Position numbers and translations under genes: made by a program
Shown: positions 47,089-56,282 of the stretch, in pieces
How the letters are laid out: every line of letters starts with the position of its first letter
Numbering within the stretch: the stretch's first letter is position 1
Virus record (IMG/VR): IMGVR_UViG_3300023184_000029
Span: 1 to 64,000 of that record
Source of the DNA: a virus
Length of the DNA: 64,000 nucleotides
Reading direction: 5' to 3' (one strand)
The notes under the pieces: generated by a model
Told to the model about the DNA's origin: nothing
Database searches by the model: none
The model's input: the letters and a program-made list of their open reading frames with translations, nothing else

Positions 47089-47292
47089 TTATTCGTATTT
47101 AACCTTTTCGAGTCTCAAAAGCTCTTTTTTTATTTCACTATATTCTTGATCAGTAATCCAATGATTATTCTGTAGTGAATTCTCTAGCTTGTTAACACAA
47201 TTAATCAAATGTAAATTATAACCAAGAGACAGCAACAATGATCCAAAGAATAAAACAAAAAAACTTAATTTCCATAGTGGTCTATCACACAT
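47089..47292 (-). CDS. Single-TM protein
   Basis: Hydrophobic N-terminal segment. Confidence 0.65.
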   Translation of the reverse strand: MCDRPLWKLSFFVLFFGSLLLSLGYNLHLINCVNKLENSLQNNHWITDQEYSEIKKELLRLEKVKYE

Positions 47293-47539
47293 TTAATTTT
47301 CCTTTTCTTATCATATTGAAATATTCTTTTTGGGATATCCATATATCATCGTTGATTGATCTCCCATTATCTATAATACTCCAAATCTTCTTTCTGCCAC
47401 GATATGCCAATTTTAACCATAGACTTTCACCAGAGACATAACAAAGTCTCCTTTTGAGAGAAAGGTTAAGTGACCACTCTCTCAAATTCCCCATCATGTT
47501 CCAAAAAGATTTTTCAGATCCATAATTTGTTGTTCGCAT
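47285..47539 (-). CDS. Hypothetical protein
   Basis: 84 aa ORF in operon. Confidence 0.55.
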   Translation of the reverse strand: MRTTNYGSEKSFWNMMGNLREWSLNLSLKRRLCYVSGESLWLKLAYRGRKKIWSIIDNGRSINDDIWISQKEYFNMIRKGKLNV

Positions 47540-47691
47540 CCTTGAATCTCTATCTCTATGTCTCTACACTTCTTACAATAGTCAGAATCAAAACGCTCTT
47601 TTAATTCATCTAATTTAGCTTTTAGGCTTGTTATTTCTTTTAGAAGTTTTTCGTTTTGGTTGTGGTTGTGGTTGTGGTTGTGGTTCATCAT
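47494..47691 (-). CDS. Small coiled-coil protein with CxxC
   Basis: 65 aa; N-terminal (NH)4 from a microsatellite. Confidence 0.55.
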   Translation of the reverse strand: MMNHNHNHNHNQNEKLLKEITSLKAKLDELKERFDSDYCKKCRDIEIEIQGCEQQIMDLKNLFGT

Positions 47692-48055
47692 CTTGGGTCT
47701 TTAATGTTAATTCACTAGAAGATAGCCAGAAAACCATTTCGTTTAATTTATCATCCCAAGCACACTCTACTCTGCCTTCAGCAGCTAGTTTTGCCAAACC
47801 AACATTATATAGCCACATTGTGACTTCTTCAAAAGTTCTATTGTAGCTATCTTCATCAATTAATAGGTTGCCGTCCTCATCTTCGCCAATACAATTGCTT
47901 TTAATCAAGTTGGTAGTTTGTACTATGCTGATAAAATCATCGAGATTTTCATTATAAAATTCTGTGAATGATAAAGCAGCATTTTTTCTAATACTTTCAG
48001 CATACCTGTTCAAATCGCTAATAGAATAAATCTCACTCATAGTAATATACCCCAA
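47615..48055 (-). CDS. Hypothetical protein
   Basis: 146 aa; ECAWDDKLNEMVFW segment resembles the end of ORF 31587-32018. Confidence 0.7.
   Translation of the reverse strand: MGYITMSEIYSISDLNRYAESIRKNAALSFTEFYNENLDDFISIVQTTNLIKSNCIGEDEDGNLLIDEDSYNRTFEEVTMWLYNVGLAKLAAEGRVECAWDDKLNEMVFWLSSSELTLKTQDDEPQPQPQPQPKRKTSKRNNKPKS
47657..47685. repeat. (TGGTTG)n hexamer microsatellite in a gene overlap
   Basis: Almost 5 copies; reads (PQ)n in one frame and (NH)n in the other. Confidence 0.9.
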
Positions 48056-48346
48056 TTAAATAAATTTCTTAACTGTTTGATCTATTTTTTGACTACTTTT
48101 ATCCAATAATCTATTCAAAGTTTTTTGCATAGTTTGATCTCCTCTAGGCAACCAACGACCATCTTCATAAAGAGCAGTGATAATCTGTGGAATCCAATGC
48201 TGATATGCTAATTCAAACTCTTCTGGAAAATATACTTTAAGAATTCTCTCTATATGATATAAATTATTGACTATAGAATCTCTATGATCCAACAGATTAT
48301 TTAATTGGTCTTTTTGGGTTTTAGTAAAACCTCCTTCAAGACTCAT
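48056..48346 (-). CDS. Hypothetical protein
   Basis: 96 aa ORF in operon. Confidence 0.65.
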   Translation of the reverse strand: MSLEGGFTKTQKDQLNNLLDHRDSIVNNLYHIERILKVYFPEEFELAYQHWIPQIITALYEDGRWLPRGDQTMQKTLNRLLDKSSQKIDQTVKKFI

Positions 48347-48759
48347 TAGACAGTCTCCGTTTTAGGCTTGAGTTTCATCAGCTTATGCTTCGTTTTCCAA
48401 ACTCCTGTTTCTTTATTTTGGAAATCCCTTCCCATATAAATATGACAGAAGCCGCTGGACTTGTCAAGACCATAAGCACGAATACCATTCTCATCTACGC
48501 TCTCAACAACAAAACGCCCTCTATATCCCATAGGAATAAATTCACCCTTGGATACATAATACGGTCCACCAGCAACCTTTATTCTCTCTCCCTTGACCAG
48601 AGTTTTCCAATCAACCTTTTGAATAATCTTTGTGTTCTTAGCCTCTTTACTCTTGGGCTTAAATATAAAAATATGATTGCACTTTTTGCAACAATATGCC
48701 CTTGGGCCAGTTGTAGTTCCGCAATCTGGACAAGCTTTTTTACCCTTACCAAGTCCCAT
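48346..48759 (-). CDS. Zn-ribbon protein
   Basis: CPDCG...CKKCNH; ACAGGAG RBS. Confidence 0.75.
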   Translation of the reverse strand: MGLGKGKKACPDCGTTTGPRAYCCKKCNHIFIFKPKSKEAKNTKIIQKVDWKTLVKGERIKVAGGPYYVSKGEFIPMGYRGRFVVESVDENGIRAYGLDKSSGFCHIYMGRDFQNKETGVWKTKHKLMKLKPKTETV

Positions 48760-48795
48760 CTTTGATCTCCTGTGAAGTGTAGTTGATACGCCCTA

Positions 48796-48823
48796 AGTAT
48801 AACACAGTTATCGGAGTTGTCAA
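48796..48823 (-). promoter_or_regulatory. Sigma70 promoter with CCGAT spacer motif
   Basis: TTGACA-ACTCCGATAACTGTGT-TATACT. Confidence 0.8.
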
Positions 48824-48891
48824 GGGGTACTCTTTAGACGATTCTAGATTTTTCAAACCTAGCACTAAATATACTTGAGATTTTTAACTTA

Positions 48892-49122
48892 TCATGTAAG
48901 TTTGGATACATAATCTTTTTCTGGAATAATAGTTAGCTTACCGGGATCATAATGACAAAAATAACTGTCATAAATACGTTTTTTTGCAAGACCTTCTTCT
49001 TCTATTTGAATATAAACATTAACTCTGTATCTGTTTTCCCACAATTTATTAATTTTAGTCATCAAATAATGCTTGGGCTTTGCTACCTGTTTAAAAAGCA
49101 AACTCTCAATTTCAAAGTCCAT
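48892..49122 (-). CDS. Hypothetical protein
   Basis: 76 aa ORF in operon. Confidence 0.65.
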   Translation of the reverse strand: MDFEIESLLFKQVAKPKHYLMTKINKLWENRYRVNVYIQIEEEGLAKKRIYDSYFCHYDPGKLTIIPEKDYVSKLT

Positions 49123-49343
49123 TAAGTATTCTCCTCAAAAATCTTTTCAATATTAGTAATAAGCACCAATCTGTCTTTTTTACGACTATCGCTAACATAA
49201 TAAGTATCACATGTGAATTCGTCACCAGTATTCGCATCATGAATTAATATCGGAGTATTCCACTCAAAAGTTCCAACAGCTTGTATATTGTTGGCTCTTT
49301 CATGAAGAAAAGTATAAAGATCAAGCCAAGTCATTTTATTCAT
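49122..49343 (-). CDS. Hypothetical protein
   Basis: 73 aa ORF in operon. Confidence 0.65.
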   Translation of the reverse strand: MNKMTWLDLYTFLHERANNIQAVGTFEWNTPILIHDANTGDEFTCDTYYVSDSRKKDRLVLITNIEKIFEENT

Positions 49344-49558
49344 CTGCTTCTCCTATTTGCTCTATCTAAAATACGAATAGTTTCTTTAGCATTACTAGGA
49401 ACCATCACTAAACTTGGTGCTGTTTTATGTCCCCAATCCATAAATCCCACAGCACGATCCTCGACGCTACATTCTTTACAAATAATTTTACGACCAGTTT
49501 CTACAAGAAATTCGTAACGGTCAACACCAACGCAATTTTTGCAATAAATACAATTCAT
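49340..49558 (-). CDS. C4 zinc-finger protein (TraR/DksA-like spacing)
   Basis: CIYC...R......CKEC; GGAGG RBS. Confidence 0.55.
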   Translation of the reverse strand: MNCIYCKNCVGVDRYEFLVETGRKIICKECSVEDRAVGFMDWGHKTAPSLVMVPSNAKETIRILDRANRRSR

Positions 49559-49577
49559 AGGTAGCCTCCGTTTACGG

Positions 49578-49605
49578 ATTATACCATCATCATCGGCATT
49601 GTCAA
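49578..49605 (-). promoter_or_regulatory. Sigma70 promoter with CCGAT spacer motif
   Basis: TTGACA-ATGCCGATGATGATGG-TATAAT. Confidence 0.8.
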
Positions 49606-50037
49606 GCCGCCAACTCCAATCAAAGTTCCAAAACTATTGGTAAAATCTCCATCATCAGTACTATAATAAATAGTATCTAATCCTACAGCATTAAGAAGCT
49701 TACTACAATTCTCGCAAGGCTTACTTCCTAGTACAAGTCCTCTCCTGTTAATTCGCATAACAACAAGTGACCAATTAGGATCAATGGAATTATACCTATC
49801 AAGTAATTGAGATACAAGATGAGACTCAGCATGATAAAATGGATGTTCCTTATATTTGGGAAGATTGAAATTTTCACCTATTCTATAAGCACCAGTATGA
49901 GTTTTAATAGGATTATTTTGAGTGAATCCTATAAGCTTAGTACCATCAAATGCAGCGGCAAAATGATAGCAACGAATTTCCTTACAAGGATTCCAGCTAT
50001 TGTATGCTTTCTTAATAGTTTTTTGAATTATCTTCAT
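49579..50037 (-). CDS. Zn-dependent cytidine-deaminase-fold protein
   Basis: HAE and KPCENC motifs. Confidence 0.85.
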   Translation of the reverse strand: MKIIQKTIKKAYNSWNPCKEIRCYHFAAAFDGTKLIGFTQNNPIKTHTGAYRIGENFNLPKYKEHPFYHAESHLVSQLLDRYNSIDPNWSLVVMRINRRGLVLGSKPCENCSKLLNAVGLDTIYYSTDDGDFTNSFGTLIGVGGLTMPMMMV

Positions 50038-50061
50038 AAACTTCTCTGTTAGTGAGACTCT

Positions 50062-50089
50062 AGTATATCACACTAAAAGGATTCGTCAA
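50062..50089 (-). promoter_or_regulatory. Sigma70 promoter
   Basis: TTGACG-16 bp-TATACT. Confidence 0.65.
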
Positions 50090-50312
50090 TAGCATCTGGA
50101 ACAGTTTGGAATCTTCCCTCAAAAAAGAAATAACATAAAGGCCAAGGAAGAATTTCCTTATGCACCTTATAATGGTGAATTTCAGAGTTTGTTTTAACCA
50201 TAAAATGAGGAACCATAGTTCCCGGTCTTGTTCTTAATATTAGTCTTGGTTTATGATCTCTTTGTGTCCACAGGAGCATAATTGCTCCAGTAAAACAATT
50301 TCCGTATTTCAT
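50073..50312 (-). CDS. Hypothetical protein
   Basis: 79 aa ORF with GGAAG RBS. Confidence 0.6.
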   Translation of the reverse strand: MKYGNCFTGAIMLLWTQRDHKPRLILRTRPGTMVPHFMVKTNSEIHHYKVHKEILPWPLCYFFFEGRFQTVPDAIDESF

Positions 50313-50818
50313 AATAGCTTCCTTGCTATTTAGCCTTCTTTATTATCTTCATTATAAATTTCATTCAGCTTTTTATTTACTTCATCCAAGATATAAATAT
50401 CATCAGCATCTTCTGGATGAATTTTAGGTAACGGAGTAACATTAACTTTTTTAGATCTTGGAGACTCTGGATTTAATGGTTTTGGATTGGGTTTATCCAT
50501 GAAAGTTTCCTTTTACTTAGAAGCTAATAGATATAATCCTATATTAGCAAAGGCATAACCAGTATACGCTATAAGCATACCAATATTACCTCTATAACCC
50601 TGCTCTATTGCAACATAGGCATATACGAAACCAGTAAAAATAATTAGCCAACTACTCATTAGTTTTTCTCTATAGGTATGTATCTAACCCCATTTTCGGA
50701 CACTTGTTCCTTGCCTATAGTAAGCTTAGGGTCTGTTTTGATCAAGTTAATCATAGCTTGAGTATTAACGCTATCGCTAATTACAATAGTTCCAACTTGA
50801 GGCATAATTATATCCTTA

Positions 50819-51730
50819 TTAAGAAAGTGTAGTTAAAAGTTCATTATATTCTGCAATTGCTAAATCCTTAGCTTTTAATTCCATGTCCACATCAAATTCT
50901 AAACCATAGTTATCAAAAGTATTTTGAGGATAATCAGCATGAGCGCGAGGATTATTACCTACCCTACTTTCACTATAATGAAATAGGCATCTGGTTTGCC
51001 AAGTATCATAACACATATTAATCGCTTCGCGTTCTGTGAGATTATTAGGATGACACTTATGATGCAAGTAATCAAAACAGATTGGAATACGAGTTATTGG
51101 ATGAAAAATATCCACTAATTCTTTAACACTCCAGCAGTTTAGTTTATCGTCATTTTCAATGGTTAGTCTAGCTTGACAATTTTCATCTAGTTTTTTAAAG
51201 TTTGCATAAAATCTATGAGAAATTTCTTCTCTTGTACCATTATTGTTATGTACATGAAGATTCATGGGCGATCTAGTATCTGCTGGAAGTCCAATTCTGT
51301 CAAAGAAACTGCTGTAGAAGTTGAGTTCTGTGATTGTTTTCTCAACAACTTTTTCGTTGAGGCTTGACAAACTGTTAAATTCACTAGGATGAGCAGAAAC
51401 ACGAACATTAGTAGAGGAAATACTCTGTGCAATATTATCAAACTCATCTTGAATAGAGTCATAGTTAGGTAAATCTTCTAGATTAACATTTGCTGCGTCA
51501 TAAGTAATTAAAGGGAAAATATCACTACTAACACGATAAACATAATTATTTTCCGCACAAAACTGTATGGTTTTATCTGTAACCATTAGATTATTTTGAA
51601 TTCTTGATCCAAGAATTTCCAATGCTTCTTCTCTAGGCAAAGAATTAAATCTTTTGAAAGTCATGGTTTGATGACCAAAACCCTGCTCTTTGAGTTTAAG
51701 AGAAATGCAGCAAAGACCGAACCTATTCAT
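50819..51730 (-). CDS. uvsE: UV-damage endonuclease (UvsE/UvdE)
   Basis: GLCCISL, YRVSSDIFP, SAHPSEF, IENDDK, FDYLHH, FHYSES, HADY, DMELKAKD. Confidence 0.95.
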   Translation of the reverse strand: MNRFGLCCISLKLKEQGFGHQTMTFKRFNSLPREEALEILGSRIQNNLMVTDKTIQFCAENNYVYRVSSDIFPLITYDAANVNLEDLPNYDSIQDEFDNIAQSISSTNVRVSAHPSEFNSLSSLNEKVVEKTITELNFYSSFFDRIGLPADTRSPMNLHVHNNNGTREEISHRFYANFKKLDENCQARLTIENDDKLNCWSVKELVDIFHPITRIPICFDYLHHKCHPNNLTEREAINMCYDTWQTRCLFHYSESRVGNNPRAHADYPQNTFDNYGLEFDVDMELKAKDLAIAEYNELLTTLS

Positions 51731-51749
51731 AAAATGCTCCTGTGAACGG

Positions 51750-51777
51750 ATTATATCCTTTATCGTCAGTTTGTCAA
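51750..51777 (-). promoter_or_regulatory. Sigma70 promoter with CGAT spacer motif
   Basis: TTGACA-AACTGACGATAAAGGA-TATAAT, then CACAGGAG RBS. Confidence 0.8.
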
Positions 51778-51794
51778 TACCAACTTGAGCATTT

Positions 51795-52424
51795 TTAGTA
51801 TTCGGCCAATAAAGTTTGTTTCATAGATTGTGTTAAATTATTCTTATCTAAGTAATAGTTTAAATCTTTATGAAAGATATTTGGCATATTTTCTAGGACT
51901 CTTGGGGAATATATTGGATTTTTTGGTCTTTTTCTTAGTTCTCTATTTAAATGATAACTCCACAAATAAGCATTAACCGCCCGGATATATTTATCATTAT
52001 CAAAATTTTCTATAGGATTATTTGCTATTAATTTTAGAACCCTTTTTTCACAATCATGTTCTATTTCTAGAATATCGTGTAAACTCTGATCCAATTGCTC
52101 ATTTGTAAAAGTACAGTCTTTAATGTCGGTACAGTATTTTAGAGATGGAAAATTGATCCAATCAAATAGAATATCATAAGTTGACATACTTTTATCCCAT
52201 AACTGTCGATCATGCTTCCACTGCAAAAAATGACAGTATTCATGAATAAATATCTCAAAACCCATATGATGTTTCATAGCTACCACAAATTCTTCTTCAC
52301 CTTCATCTGTGCCAAACCATCCACCATAACCATCAATGTTGTCCACATTTAATAGCTTAACGGAAAACTTGTGAGATAGTAATTCTTTTACTACTTTTAG
52401 TGTGAAGTCTAATTTGGTATCCAT
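51795..52424 (-). CDS. HExxH metallopeptidase-like protein
   Basis: IHEYCHFLQW...EHDCE. Confidence 0.6.
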   Translation of the reverse strand: MDTKLDFTLKVVKELLSHKFSVKLLNVDNIDGYGGWFGTDEGEEEFVVAMKHHMGFEIFIHEYCHFLQWKHDRQLWDKSMSTYDILFDWINFPSLKYCTDIKDCTFTNEQLDQSLHDILEIEHDCEKRVLKLIANNPIENFDNDKYIRAVNAYLWSYHLNRELRKRPKNPIYSPRVLENMPNIFHKDLNYYLDKNNLTQSMKQTLLAEY

Positions 52425-52621
52425 TATACTAAAATTCCTTTATCATCTACCACAGAAAAAATCTTAACTACTTTTAGTTCCGGCTCAAAATGAGTATGAA
52501 AGTTTTTGATAGCTTCTTCTTTGGATGAAGTAAAAAAAGAACGATGTAAAATTAACATCTGTTTGTCTGTTCCATTTGTCTCTTTAAGTTGTCCAGTTAC
52601 AGTAAATTCTTTTTCTACCAT
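52424..52621 (-). CDS. Hypothetical protein
   Basis: 65 aa ORF in operon. Confidence 0.6.
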   Translation of the reverse strand: MVEKEFTVTGQLKETNGTDKQMLILHRSFFTSSKEEAIKNFHTHFEPELKVVKIFSVVDDKGILV

Positions 52622-53247
52622 CCTAAAGCCTCCGATATAATGGGGAATTGAGTTTTAAAAATTTCTTTAGCTTCATTAGCAATAATCATATGTTCTTTTT
52701 GAGTTCCATGAGCAGACCTTAGATTAATGTAGTGGACCCATGATCTTATACTTCCGCTCATATAAAGTTTGGTTGGGGTAGCTAGCGGTAATATAAATCT
52801 AGCACATTCTTTAGCTATTCCATCAGCTATCATACCATCATAAAGAGCTTTGCTTTTAGCAAAATGCTCACGAATTTTAGTATTCCACTTAACTCTTGTT
52901 TCATCAGTTATATCGTCTATGCTATTTTGTCTATTCTTAGTATCTTGGCGACGTAATTCAAATACTGGAATTTCTTCTGATAGCAATGAAGCATCAGCAT
53001 ATCTTTGACTAAATTCTTGAAATGTAAAACTTCTATGCCGTAAAATTTGAGCAGCAATACCTCTTGTAGTATTTATCTCAAGAGTTAGAAATGCCATTTC
53101 AAATATAGACCAATGTTGATGCTCTATGCAATACTTTAGTAATTTAGCATAGTTGTCGCTGTCTTGTCCTTTAGGGTTGCTTACCTTGGCACAATATGCT
53201 ATTAATTTTTCTGCATCTGGAGTTACACTGATTAGTTTTACGTCCAT
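52615..53247 (-). CDS. thyX: FAD-dependent thymidylate synthase
   Basis: HWSIFE, RHRSFTFQEFSQRY, ECARFILP; start MDVKL at 53247. Confidence 0.95.
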   Translation of the reverse strand: MDVKLISVTPDAEKLIAYCAKVSNPKGQDSDNYAKLLKYCIEHQHWSIFEMAFLTLEINTTRGIAAQILRHRSFTFQEFSQRYADASLLSEEIPVFELRRQDTKNRQNSIDDITDETRVKWNTKIREHFAKSKALYDGMIADGIAKECARFILPLATPTKLYMSGSIRSWVHYINLRSAHGTQKEHMIIANEAKEIFKTQFPIISEALGW

Positions 53248-53276
53248 ATTTGATCCTCTCTTCTTTCTTAATTTTC

Positions 53277-53660
53277 TTATAACATATATGGTTCCCAAAG
53301 TTCTTTTGGGATTAATGTTTTATAGTCAATAGTTAATTCTTCATTTTCTTTTATATCTCTGGATGCAACGCAAGAATTTTCATCTTGTTCTATGATATTA
53401 GGATTATTTGAATGATTTACAAACCTACTATCATCCAAAGGAATTAAATAGTTTCCATCATCATCCAGCCAATAGTAGTCTTTGTCTATTATAAAATCTT
53501 TTTCTATCTGTGATAATTCTTCATATCTAGTAGGACTAATTGTTAATACTGAAATGCTGGTCATTTTCCATATTAAATCTCCTTTTAGAATATCTTGGTT
53601 TGCAAATAAACCTATACCAGATATTAAACTTCTATCTAATTTAGTTTTTACTACTATCAT
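53277..53660 (-). CDS. SET-domain protein (second copy)
   Basis: ISGIGLFA, RFVNHSNNPN, EELTIDY. Confidence 0.9.
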   Translation of the reverse strand: MIVVKTKLDRSLISGIGLFANQDILKGDLIWKMTSISVLTISPTRYEELSQIEKDFIIDKDYYWLDDDGNYLIPLDDSRFVNHSNNPNIIEQDENSCVASRDIKENEELTIDYKTLIPKELWEPYML

Positions 53661-54151
53661 GATTTATTAAACCTGTTTGTTTTAGTTTCCCACCAAAACG
53701 ATACCATCTGCTCATCTCCATTAAAATATATTGGACAAAAATCTGGACGAAAAATACTATTAAGATCACAGGCTACGCATGTAAAATATAATTGTGATCT
53801 TGGAAAACCATAATCTAAAAGTTTTTTCTCTATTTTTCTAAAATTATTTCCACTAAGACATCCACTATCTACTACTATTAATGAGTAGTATGGATCTAAT
53901 TGATCTGGATGAATAAAAGCCTCAAACTCATCTTTGTATGGAATATTTATCGGCTCTATATCTAGAGGCTCATCCTTATCAGATAGTTTATGGGCCATTA
54001 ATTGAGCCATAAGTCCAGAATATTCATAACTTAATTGCAATACTGCTGTTTTACTAGCCAAGTTAATCAAACTGTTATCACGAATTTCTTGACATATTCT
54101 ATCTATACATTTAGTTTCCCATTCTCTGTCAATAAAAAGATTCTTTTTCAT
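53657..54151 (-). CDS. Phosphoribosyltransferase-fold-like protein
   Basis: LIVVDSGCLSGNN resembles the PRPP-binding loop. Confidence 0.45.
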   Translation of the reverse strand: MKKNLFIDREWETKCIDRICQEIRDNSLINLASKTAVLQLSYEYSGLMAQLMAHKLSDKDEPLDIEPINIPYKDEFEAFIHPDQLDPYYSLIVVDSGCLSGNNFRKIEKKLLDYGFPRSQLYFTCVACDLNSIFRPDFCPIYFNGDEQMVSFWWETKTNRFNKS

Positions 54152-54277
54152 TCTTTATTCCAGTAAGAAACAATCTTATCCCATAGTGGTTTAAAAAAAT
54201 AAACAGCTACATAAGCTATAATACCATTAATAGCCGATGCAACAAGTCCGGTCAGCGTTATAGTAACACATTGAATT

Positions 54278-54550
54278 TTAGAACGATTTGCCCCATCCTT
54301 CTGTTTCATGAGATATATCCTTTTCTAGCTGTTGCATTTTATATTCTGACTGATATGTTATATGTTCGTTATTTGTCATATGATTATATATAGCAAACGC
54401 TAATTTACTAACACTCGTTGTTGTTCCGTTTATTGATTCGTCATCTATTTTTGACCAATTATAGATGTATGAGTTTTCTTTATCTGTTTTGGATCTGTCA
54501 GCTTTATATCCATTAGTTTTGCACCAGCTTTTGATTTCTTTCCAAAGCAT
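54278..54550 (-). CDS. Hypothetical protein
   Basis: 90 aa ORF in operon. Confidence 0.65.
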   Translation of the reverse strand: MLWKEIKSWCKTNGYKADRSKTDKENSYIYNWSKIDDESINGTTTSVSKLAFAIYNHMTNNEHITYQSEYKMQQLEKDISHETEGWGKSF

Positions 54551-54699
54551 ATATTTCCCTTTGTTTTTATCTTAGAAATAGTCTCATGTAATTTGCTTAT
54601 AATTTGATCTATGTCTGATACTTGTTGTATTGTAAGATTATTTGATCGTAAGCAATGATAACAGATATTTATTAATAGTTTATAATCTTGCTCATTCAT
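54445..54699 (-). CDS. Hypothetical protein
   Basis: 84 aa ORF overlapping the next gene. Confidence 0.55.
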   Translation of the reverse strand: MNEQDYKLLINICYHCLRSNNLTIQQVSDIDQIISKLHETISKIKTKGNICFGKKSKAGAKLMDIKLTDPKQIKKTHTSIIGQK

Positions 54700-55049
54700 T
54701 TTTGCATAGTCTCTTCATAGGCCATTTTCTTTTTATGTTCAAATCCCATAGCAAAACCCTGCATATAAACTGTCTTTAGTAATCTAAAATTTTCTCCGAC
54801 AAATTCTCTATTATCTTTAGCCCACAGAATGAAACTTTTTTCTTCATCGCAAATATCAGTTAGGTCTGGATGATAAATTTCATCAAACCATAAATAATGT
54901 TTTTGTAGTTCACTATCTAGTGCAATAAAAACTGGTGGTTTCGGATCGTAGCTATGATCTATTTCTGATATGAAAATATCGTCCATAAAACAATTCACCA
55001 GCTTGTCTCCAACATTAAGCTTCATTGCTTGATCTAATCTCATGACCAT
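54696..55049 (-). CDS. Hypothetical protein
   Basis: 117 aa ORF in operon. Confidence 0.65.
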   Translation of the reverse strand: MVMRLDQAMKLNVGDKLVNCFMDDIFISEIDHSYDPKPPVFIALDSELQKHYLWFDEIYHPDLTDICDEEKSFILWAKDNREFVGENFRLLKTVYMQGFAMGFEHKKKMAYEETMQK

Positions 55050-55771
55050 AAACTCCCACGAATTTTAATTAATTCAATCAACATTTTTGTATCTTCTTTA
55101 TCGTAATCATCCATGATCTTGGCTATTTTTTTATAGTAGCTTTTACCATCTTTTTCTTTGGTAAACATAGAGTATGGATCAGTTCTATAGTCTCTATCCT
55201 TCCACCAGTTGTAAAGGTCTAATACTTTTTGAGATGATATTGCTTGGGCTGTAGGTTTGTTATAATCTTTATTGTCAGGATTAATTCCATAATCTTCGTT
55301 CATCTTTAGTTGACCTGCCCAGTTTAGGTAATCCAATCCTGCCTCCGCACATCTGCCGCCGATAAATTTATATTTCTTCTCAGATTTCCATTTACTAAGA
55401 TGAGCCAGTTCATCCTCTACATAAATTGTCAACTCATTAAAAAGACCGTGAAGTATTCTATAGTCAAGATCGTAATATTGTCCCGGCTTTAGTCCTGTTT
55501 TAAGATAGTGCATTTTATCTATATAACGATTGCAAATGTATACTTCTATGGTATGATAAATATCCATAGGTAGATTCACAATATCCTGCAAAAAATTTAA
55601 CAGTTTTTCAGCAACCCAGTATCTAAATGGGTGTTTTTGTTTTGATTCTTTTCTCCAAACTCCCCATTCATCCAACCCAAGAGCATAGGGTTTTTCAATG
55701 CCTCTAATCCAGTCGGCAAATTTGGAACAACTCCAATAATTGAAACGACTTCTTTTATTAAGTTTGAACAT
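55040..55771 (-). CDS. Hypothetical phage protein
   Basis: 243 aa Trp-rich ORF ending LIKIRGSLWS. Confidence 0.75.
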   Translation of the reverse strand: MFKLNKRSRFNYWSCSKFADWIRGIEKPYALGLDEWGVWRKESKQKHPFRYWVAEKLLNFLQDIVNLPMDIYHTIEVYICNRYIDKMHYLKTGLKPGQYYDLDYRILHGLFNELTIYVEDELAHLSKWKSEKKYKFIGGRCAEAGLDYLNWAGQLKMNEDYGINPDNKDYNKPTAQAISSQKVLDLYNWWKDRDYRTDPYSMFTKEKDGKSYYKKIAKIMDDYDKEDTKMLIELIKIRGSLWS

Positions 55772-55992
55772 TATAGATCAATATTTACTCCATGATTATT
55801 AAGCAATCTATGAAACTCTGTTGTGATTTTTTCTAGAGCATCACTAGCATTTGTAAAATTATTGTCATATTTACGCCATGATCTTAGCTGTTGACTAAAG
55901 TCCCACAAACATGATTGCATTTTATTTGCTTGATTAATTACATCGTATTGATGCTGATCTTCTGGCAAAACTAATTCAAATATAACTTTCAT
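55771..55992 (-). CDS. Hypothetical protein
   Basis: 73 aa ORF in operon. Confidence 0.65.
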   Translation of the reverse strand: MKVIFELVLPEDQHQYDVINQANKMQSCLWDFSQQLRSWRKYDNNFTNASDALEKITTEFHRLLNNHGVNIDL

Positions 55993-56282
55993 GATGGAAA
56001 ATAACTCTTTCCTTCTAGGGGATCTTTATCATAAGGATAATTAAATGGACCCAAAACTTTCCTTCTTTTTTCCTTAATAAAACCTAGAACTTCATTAAAA
56101 CAAGTTTCACACAAATGAATATCATACTGTGTACCATCTTGTTGGGAAAAATATCCCCATGTAGCAGTTAATTCAGCATATTCATGCTCATTTACTGGTT
56201 CAGTAATTGTGCAATCTTTTCCACAAGCATCGCACATGATTTTGTCTACTGCTTTTACCGTTTTCTTTTTATATGTTTTCAT
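55989..56282 (-). CDS. Zn-finger-like protein
   Basis: CDACG...LCETC. Confidence 0.65.
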   Translation of the reverse strand: MKTYKKKTVKAVDKIMCDACGKDCTITEPVNEHEYAELTATWGYFSQQDGTQYDIHLCETCFNEVLGFIKEKRRKVLGPFNYPYDKDPLEGKSYFPS

